From the IMG/VR virus record IMGVR_UViG_3300024992_000003: 14,961 nt of DNA. The stretch is one strand, 5' to 3'. Shown here piece by piece: positions 7,142 through 12,126 of this stretch. A program made the position numbers and the translations under genes. The notes under the pieces were generated by a model. It was not told the origin of the DNA, searched no databases, and was given only the letters and a program-made list of their open reading frames with translations. This DNA comes from a virus. Within the stretch, counting starts at the first letter, position 1, and each line of letters begins with the position of its first letter.

Positions 7142-7308
7142 CGTCCTATCCTCCCCCCGACCCCCTCGGGGGCCACCCATGCGGGCGTGTCGTCAATGAT
7201 CCAAATCGCCCGGAAAAAAAACTCGGCATTTCACACGCGCGGGGAAAACGTCGGTGAGGGGCCTTCGATCCCCCAGCGAATCCGACCCCTACCCCCCTGG
7301 GGACTTCG

Positions 7309-7386
7309 CTAGGGCCGCCTCAAAGCGACCTGGAGCGTCCGCAGGAACCAGCCGAGAAGGAAGGCGACGATGCATTTCGTGGCCAT
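7309..7386 (-). CDS. Possible 25-aa hydrophobic peptide (MATKCIVAFLLGWFLRTLQVALRRP)
   Basis: ATG lies 4 nt after the stop of the preceding mini-ORF; very short, weak evidence. Confidence 0.2.
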   Translation of the reverse strand: MATKCIVAFLLGWFLRTLQVALRRP

Positions 7387-7390
7387 GGCT

Positions 7391-7498
7391 TCACTTCCGG
7401 TTCGACTTGCTCGCGGCCCAGAAGAACGCCCACGACACGAGGACGATCATGGCGTAGAACGAGACTTCCTTGATGGCTTCCAGCGTGTTCGCGTCCAT
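7391..7498 (-). CDS. Possible 35-aa single-pass membrane peptide (MDANTLEAIKEVSFYAMIVLVSWAFFWAASKSNRK)
   Basis: AAGGGGA upstream of the ATG; G/C-rich third positions; one hydrophobic helix. Confidence 0.3.
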   Translation of the reverse strand: MDANTLEAIKEVSFYAMIVLVSWAFFWAASKSNRK

Positions 7499-7560
7499 GG
7501 TCACTTTCGCGTCCCCTTGAACAAGATCCACAGTGCGATGAGGGTCGCGGGGTCCACGGC

Positions 7561-7782
7561 TCACTCTCCCGCGGGAGGCCGGACCACGGCCCCGATGGCG
7601 AAGAACAACGCCTCTTCCAGCTTCCCGACCGCAAGGGACTGCTCACGGTTGGGAGGCGTTGCGTCGACGACGACCCTGGCCGCCCTCTTGATGGCCTCGC
7701 GAATCTCATCACACCGGTTGCCGTCCGCCTGCGTGGCCGGACGATGCAGGTCGAAACGACGGTTGATCTCGCACGCTTTCAT
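7561..7782 (-). CDS. Hypothetical 73-aa phage-like protein
   Basis: Clean coding bias. SLAVGKLEEALFFAIGA resembles the ...LEEA.MWA helix seen in many small phage proteins (recollection only). Confidence 0.6.
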   Translation of the reverse strand: MKACEINRRFDLHRPATQADGNRCDEIREAIKRAARVVVDATPPNREQSLAVGKLEEALFFAIGAVVRPPAGE

Positions 7783-7788
7783 GGTCTC

Positions 7789-7905
7789 TCACATCCCCTT
7801 CCCACGCTTGATCCCCTCGCGTTCCGGCCCCGCGACGATGAGGCAGGCCAGGACGACGACCGCGAGGGTGGCGAATCGGCCCAACATGACGAGAAATGCA
7901 ATCAT
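7789..7905 (-). CDS. Possible 38-aa membrane peptide (MIAFLVMLGRFATLAVVVLACLIVAGPEREGIKRGKGM)
   Basis: Its start overlaps the stop of the upstream gene as ATGA (translational coupling); one hydrophobic helix. Confidence 0.4.
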   Translation of the reverse strand: MIAFLVMLGRFATLAVVVLACLIVAGPEREGIKRGKGM

Positions 7906-8162
7906 GTGGATCGATTCTCCAATTTGCGGACTTCGTCGGGCGAGAACCGTCTCGCTATGACCTTCGCGGCGGCTTCACGCGAGCCGAGGAAGCAAGCCCG
8001 ACGGAGTGCCGTTTGAAGCTCCGCATTCATCGAGTGCAGGCCCCTGAGATAGTCCGCCCGGGCTTGCTCGATGTTGCTGAACTTGGCCTGATTAGACGTG
8101 ACGCTCGCCCCTTCCGGGAGCAACGCGGCCGTCTCGACGTTTGATGCGATGCGTGCGTCCAT
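7902..8162 (-). CDS. Hypothetical 86-aa protein
   Basis: AGGA 7 nt upstream of the ATG; coding-like codon bias; no motif recognised. Confidence 0.6.
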   Translation of the reverse strand: MDARIASNVETAALLPEGASVTSNQAKFSNIEQARADYLRGLHSMNAELQTALRRACFLGSREAAAKVIARRFSPDEVRKLENRST

Positions 8163-8171
8163 GGGCGATCC

Positions 8172-8329
8172 TGATGAAGGTGATGAAGGTGATGAAGGTC
8201 AAGCTCTTAATTAATTTAGAAATGAGATTGGTGAGGGTTATGTACAGGAGGCGGTGTACATACGCTGGGAGAACCGCAATAGTGAGTAATCCCTAGAGCG
8301 ACCCTTCATCACCTTCATCACCTTCATCA
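8172..8329. repeat. Two 27-bp arrays of the 9-mer TGATGAAGG (x3 each) in perfect inverted orientation, flanking a 104-bp AT-rich spacer
   Basis: 8172-8198 = (tgatgaagg)x3 and 8303-8329 = (ccttcatca)x3. The spacer holds ttaattaa (8207-8214) and two tgtaca sites. Confidence 0.95.
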
Positions 8330-8638
8330 CCCCCGTTTCCGCCTCCGAAGCTCTTCCAACGTGTGGCATTGCTTGCATAGCGACACGAGGTTATCCAGGT
8401 CCAACGCCAAATCCTGCCGGGTCGCCCTCGGCTCAACGTGATGCACGTCCACGGCGGCCGTCGTCTCGTCCCGGGCCGCACAGTGCTCGCACACGGGGTC
8501 CCTGGCCAGTTTGACGGCCCTAACGCCCTTCCAGCGTGCCGACGAGTAGAAACGCCACGCCTCTTGCCGTGCGGCCTTCGTAGGGGCCTTCCTGGGCTTC
8601 CCCGCGGCCGTCGAACGATAGGGGATGAGCCTCGCCAT
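8327..8638 (-). CDS. HNH endonuclease (phage packaging-associated type), 103 aa
   Basis: CEHC...VDVHHVEP...LDNLVSLCKQCH zinc-finger/HNH motif preceded by FYSSARWKGVRAVKLARDP, as in HK97-like phage HNH proteins. Start at ATG 8638 is tentative (alternative ATG at 8776). Confidence 0.85.
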   Translation of the reverse strand: MARLIPYRSTAAGKPRKAPTKAARQEAWRFYSSARWKGVRAVKLARDPVCEHCAARDETTAAVDVHHVEPRATRQDLALDLDNLVSLCKQCHTLEELRRRKRG

Positions 8639-9386
8639 CAGCCGAGCAGCCAACGGGCGATGAGGAAGCCGATCAACGCCCCTAGCATGAACCCGATCGA
8701 CTCGCCCACGGCCGCGGTTGCCCGGTGCGACTGGGTCGGTAGCGGCCTTCGCTCGACACGGTATCGAGCCGGCCATCCGCCCCCCTGGTTTGCTGCATCG
8801 TGGGGCCGAATCCGACCCGCGATCCAAGTTGGATGACGCTCATCCCGAATGCGCTGGCGACGGGATCATACCCCGGGTATGGCCGCGCTGAAGCCGGTTG
8901 CATCCACCGGACACGCCTGTAGTTCAGACAAGCTCTAGCGGCCCTGGGCGAGTCGCCCATGGCCGCTCTGTGGGGGGGCCTGGAGACCAGATCATTCCCC
9001 GGGAATCAGGTCCGTCATGCGCCGCTCATGACAGGCTCCATGCGCACCTTATGACGGACCTTTCCGACCCCATGCTCGGGCGTCCGGCCGACGAACTTGC
9101 CCCGGTCGACCACTGCTCGCTTCGCCGCGAGCGTCCCGCAGGTCCAATTGATCCAGGCGGGCCGCGTAGCAGGCCCCTCAGATCCCCCCTGGGAGGCCGA
9201 CGACTGCGTCCCCAGGGAGAACGCCCGCCCGCCTCATCGTCGCGTCTCAGCGGCTTCTAGAGGCCCCTACGGATCCGCCCCCGCGTGGCCTCCCAGGGGT
9301 GTGGCTTCGAAACGCGACGGGCGTCGCCGGGCCCTTCGACCCGCGACGCCTGCGCGAGGCTTCGCTTCCCTGGGAACCCGGGGCCG

Positions 9387-9785
9387 TCAGCAAAGGAAGT
9401 CGTCGGCCTCCCAGCCGAGTGGGCAGATGTAGATCACGACGCCCTTGAACGACAGCTCCACGCGATCCCACTTCCTGAGCCAGTTGCGGGACGCGAGCAA
9501 CTTCGCTTCGTTGGACCGATCCGTCACGATGATGGGAAATTCGTCGAGCTCCCCCCACGTCAAATCGAAACGGACGATTTCTCCCAGGTGGCCGAGAGAT
9601 TCGCCCGCCGTCGCCGCGCCGCCCTCCCCTTCCACTCCGTTCGCGGCCGGGATCGGGCCGGGATCGCCCGGGACGGGCGTCGGGACCTCGCTCCCCGCCT
9701 TCCTCGAGCCGCGGGGGGTCGCCTTCGTCTTCGCAGCCTTGGGCTTCGTCGCCTTCCTGGTGGTCGTCACAGTCGCAGTAGTCAT
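9387..9785 (-). CDS. Hypothetical 132-aa protein with a Lys/Thr/Pro-rich basic N-terminal tail and a compact C-terminal domain
   Basis: MTTATVTTTRKATKPKAAKTKATPRGSRK... followed by FDLTWGELDEFPIIVTDRSNEAKLLASRNWLRKWDRVELSFKGVVIYICPLGWEADDF. Confidence 0.65.
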   Translation of the reverse strand: MTTATVTTTRKATKPKAAKTKATPRGSRKAGSEVPTPVPGDPGPIPAANGVEGEGGAATAGESLGHLGEIVRFDLTWGELDEFPIIVTDRSNEAKLLASRNWLRKWDRVELSFKGVVIYICPLGWEADDFLC

Positions 9786-9851
9786 GGTGTGGGCTCGCCA
9801 AAGGCGGATTGGAGATCGGCATGACGTCTAACCGACATCCACAGACTAATC

Positions 9852-9865
9852 CTTGTACGTACAAG
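9852..9865. promoter_or_regulatory. Perfect 14-bp palindrome cttgtacgtacaag in the divergent intergenic region (candidate operator)
   Basis: Self-complementary; lies between the 9785(-) and 9987(+) starts in lower-GC DNA. Confidence 0.5.
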
Positions 9866-9986
9866 AGGTCAACTATGGAGATCGAATTGATTTGACGCTC
9901 CACTAGCGCGGTGTCTACCATGTCGTCTGATCGCAAGGCTTTGGTTATCTTGACGGATCGTCGTTGTTCGAACGGAAGGTGGCGCG

Positions 9987-10196
9987 ATGGCAGGACTTGC
10001 GATGGCCAAGGCAAAGAAGCCCGCCCCGAAGAAATCGGGTGGGACGACTCGGGCGCTCCGTATGAGCCGCGAGTATGCGGAATGGCTTCGAAAAGCCGCC
10101 GCTCGTGACCGCTCTAGCGTCGCCGCCTTCCTCGATCGCGCCGCCGCGTTCTACGCGAAGTCCATCGGAATCGAGGAGGAAGCGCCGCCCAGGTGA
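9987..10196 (+). CDS. Ribbon-helix-helix (CopG/Arc-like) DNA-binding protein, 69 aa
   Basis: Basic N-terminal tail, then TRALRMSREYAEWLRKAAARDRSSVAAFLDRAAAFY (beta strand, helix, helix pattern); GGAAGGTGG upstream. Confidence 0.7.
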   Translation: MAGLAMAKAKKPAPKKSGGTTRALRMSREYAEWLRKAAARDRSSVAAFLDRAAAFYAKSIGIEEEAPPR

Positions 10197-10297
10197 TGAG
10201 GGCGCGCCCCTGGCGGAACCGCTGATGGCGCGCGAAGATATCCGGCTCTGCCGGCCGTCGCAGCCGTTGGAGCCAGTTTGAACCCACAAACGAAAGA

Positions 10298-10330
10298 GCC
10301 CTGACCGGGAGTCGCAATCCCGGCCAGGGC
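10298..10330. promoter_or_regulatory. 13-bp inverted repeat with one mismatch (gccctgaccggga / tcccggccagggc) between the RHH and rep-like genes
   Basis: Arms 10298-10310 and 10318-10330, 7-nt loop; no T-tract. Confidence 0.3.
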
Positions 10331-10354
10331 AGATAGCTTCAAAAGGTAGAAGCC

Positions 10355-11365
10355 ATGATCGGCGTACGCGCTCAGGAAGTCAACCCGGACCCCCGCTCGG
10401 CTCCCCGTCAAATCTCCTTCGCCTTCCGGGCCGATCCCCTGGCCTTGGATGAAATGAAGCTCCCCAGGACGGCGCGCGACGTCTTCGGGCTTGTCCTGGA
10501 CAACGCCCGCCTCCGCGGCGGCCGCTGCCGGCTGTCCAACGGGACCATGGCCCGCATCCTGGGATGCTGCGCCATGACGATCGGCCGCGCCCTGGTCGCC
10601 CTCGAAGCCGCCGGCCTGGTCCGTCGCGAATTGAGCCACGGCGGCCGGATCCGCTCCGGCATCCTGGTGACCTGGGATGGGGTTCAACAGGGATGTTTAA
10701 CTGAACGTCCGTGCGTTCAACAGGAACGTGGAAGGGGTTCAACACCGGCGTTGAAGGGGGTTCAACAGCCGTGTGGCACTAACCAGAGCCCCCATCAGAG
10801 CGTGGACCAGACGGGCCCGATCCTCTCCTCTCAGGGGGGGGAAGACGATCCGGAAGCCGCCGCCCTGTTCGCAACCCTCGGCCCGGCCGCGTTCCTGCGG
10901 GCCATGATCGCCAAGGGTCGCGAGGAAGTCGCCGCCCGGTCGGCCGGGAAACCGGCCCCCTCCCCCGCACCGGCGGAACCCGCCAGGGCTTCCCAGGACG
11001 AGCCGGCGGCCCCGGCCCCGCCGATCCCCGCCCCGGTCGCCGATCGCCCCGCCACGGCCAAGCCAGGGGCCTTCCCCGAGACGCCTCGGCGCGTGGAGTC
11101 CCGCCCGACGTCTCGGACGGTCGTCCAGTCGCCTTCGATGTCCGCCCCCAAGCCTTCGGCCGCCCCGAACGCGCCACGCAGCTACTCCCCCGCCCCGGCG
11201 GTCCCGCCGGACGACGTCATGGCGATGGTGGCCCGGATGACGCGAGGGCTCGCCGAGGGGTTGAAGGCCGAGAACCTGGGACGTCGTCGAGTCGGGCCGA
11301 AGCGACTGGCCCAGCAGCTCGCTGAGGTCCGGAGACGGCACGGACGGGCGGATCGCCGGGATTGA
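10355..11365 (+). CDS. Putative replication initiator: N-terminal winged-helix domain, long Pro/Ala-rich linker, basic C-terminus (336 aa)
   Basis: LSNGTMARILGCCAMTIGRALVALEAAGLVRRE wHTH; iteron-like repeats inside the ORF; located immediately upstream of parA. Function is inferred, not recognised by a family motif. Confidence 0.6.
   Translation: MIGVRAQEVNPDPRSAPRQISFAFRADPLALDEMKLPRTARDVFGLVLDNARLRGGRCRLSNGTMARILGCCAMTIGRALVALEAAGLVRRELSHGGRIRSGILVTWDGVQQGCLTERPCVQQERGRGSTPALKGVQQPCGTNQSPHQSVDQTGPILSSQGGEDDPEAAALFATLGPAAFLRAMIAKGREEVAARSAGKPAPSPAPAEPARASQDEPAAPAPPIPAPVADRPATAKPGAFPETPRRVESRPTSRTVVQSPSMSAPKPSAAPNAPRSYSPAPAVPPDDVMAMVARMTRGLAEGLKAENLGRRRVGPKRLAQQLAEVRRRHGRADRRD
10679..10769 (+). 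repeat. Iteron-like direct repeats (G)GGGTTCAACA(G/C)(G/C) x4 inside the rep-like ORF
   Basis: GTTCAACA starts at 10682, 10715, 10737 and 10760 (spacings 33, 22, 23 nt, about multiples of 11). Degenerate or inverted copies: gtttaac at 10694-10700 and gttgaa at 10750-10755. Confidence 0.6.
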
Positions 11366-11479
11366 CCCCGGTCGACGTTGCTTGAACGTCAGCCGTCTGG
11401 TACTCAGACCGCCAGGTATCCAAGTACCCGGATATCCGGACCGTTCGCCGTCCGCGAGTCCAGGTCCATGAGCAACTGC

Positions 11480-11499
11480 GTACCTGGACGTCCAGGTAC
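11480..11499. promoter_or_regulatory. Perfect 20-bp palindrome gtacctggacgtccaggtac abutting the parA SD (candidate par operator / parS half)
   Basis: Exactly self-complementary; ends 1 nt before GGGGAGGG (11500-11507). Confidence 0.6.
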
Positions 11500-11511
11500 G
11501 GGGAGGGCCCG

Positions 11512-12126
11512 ATTATCGTCACGGTCGCCAGTTTCAAGGGAGGCGTCGGCAAGACGACGACCGCCGTCCACCTGGCCGCGTATCTCCGCAAGCTCGACAC
11601 GACCGTCCTAATCGACGGCGATCCCAACCGCTCGTCCACGGCCTGGTCGGCGCGGGGCTCCCTGCCCTTCGACGTCGCCGACGAAGCGATGACGGCGAAG
11701 GTGGCGAGGGCCTACGAGCATCTCGTGTTCGACACGGCCGCCCGCCCCGACCCCGACGTCTTGCGGGTCCTGGCGGACGGATGCGACATGCTCGTCATCC
11801 CCACTACGGCGGACGGCCTGTCGTTCGACGCGCTCATGCTGACGGTCGCCGCGCTCAAGAAGATCGACGCGATGAAGTATCGAATCCTGGTCACGATGGC
11901 CCCGCCGAAGCCGGCCCGGGATGGAGAGATCGCCCGAGACGCTTTGGCCTCCCAAGGGCTCCCCGTCTTCGACGCTACGGTCCGGAACCTGAAAGCGTTC
12001 AAGGTCGCCGGGACTCAGGGCGTCATCGTTTCGGACGTCCGCGATCCCCGCGCGAATCTCGGATGGTGGGATTACGTCGCTGTGGGCGATGAACTGAGGG
12101 GCTACGTCGAGGGCGGGACGCGATGA
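11512..12126 (+). CDS. parA: ParA/Soj-family partition ATPase (about 204 aa); apparent non-canonical ATT (or ATC) start
   Basis: IIVTVASFKGGVGKTTTAVHLAAYL (deviant Walker A), VLIDGDPN, HLVFDTAA (Walker B-like), MLVIPTTAD. The frame is open from 11386 but has no ATG/GTG/TTG before the Walker A. SD GGGGAGGG lies 4 nt before ATT 11512. Confidence 0.85.
   Translation: MIVTVASFKGGVGKTTTAVHLAAYLRKLDTTVLIDGDPNRSSTAWSARGSLPFDVADEAMTAKVARAYEHLVFDTAARPDPDVLRVLADGCDMLVIPTTADGLSFDALMLTVAALKKIDAMKYRILVTMAPPKPARDGEIARDALASQGLPVFDATVRNLKAFKVAGTQGVIVSDVRDPRANLGWWDYVAVGDELRGYVEGGTR

Noticed and set aside
6914-7180. 88-aa ORF taken at face value as a complete gene
   Set aside because: Only residues from the internal ATG (7141) to about codon 38 look like a protein (TerS N-terminus). 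The remainder is read through a terminator hairpin, an A9/T9 run and AT-rich promoter DNA. It is annotated as a remnant instead.
8172-8329. Could the 9-mer arrays be a CRISPR array?
   Set aside because: The repeats are only 9 bp and directly abutting with no spacers. The two blocks are in inverted orientation, and no cas genes are present.
8293-8481. 62-aa ORF ending in GGNGGDEGDEGDEGSL
   Set aside because: The DEG repeats are simply the translation of the 9-mer array, and the ORF overlaps the HNH gene in another frame.
8638-8709. 23-codon hydrophobic ORF (GTG start) ending in TGATG overlapping the HNH start
   Set aside because: It is too short to support on its own, with no SD seen. It is mentioned only under the mini-ORF finding.
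8880-8990. tRNA-like fragment (gtagttcagac...) and a gggcgagtcgccc hairpin
   Set aside because: No cloverleaf can be drawn: no acceptor stem pairing and no GTTCGAATC-type T-loop are present. This is not a tRNA.
9247-10014. 255-aa ORF on the - strand, plus 9285-9824 + and 9445-9831 +
   Set aside because: They overlap the better-supported 9387-9785 gene in alternative frames. The sequences are Arg/Gly-rich with no structure-like pattern and run across the AT-rich divergent promoter region.
10151-11341. Several - strand ORFs (10151-10687, 10380-10745, 10739-11341, 10779-11177, 10831-11151) opposite the rep-like gene
   Set aside because: They are antisense to a 336-aa ORF with consistent third-position GC and a recognisable wHTH. 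The translations are Gly/Arg/Pro repeats mirroring the Pro/Ala-rich linker.
11378-11611. 77-aa ORF as the N-terminus of ParA, or a frameshifted parA
   Set aside because: It is in a different frame from the Walker A box and its translation (…RARLSSRSPVSREASARRRPPSTW…) is not ParA-like. No slippery heptamer is evident. A non-canonical start in the ParA frame behind a strong SD is the simpler explanation, though an assembly indel cannot be excluded without reads.
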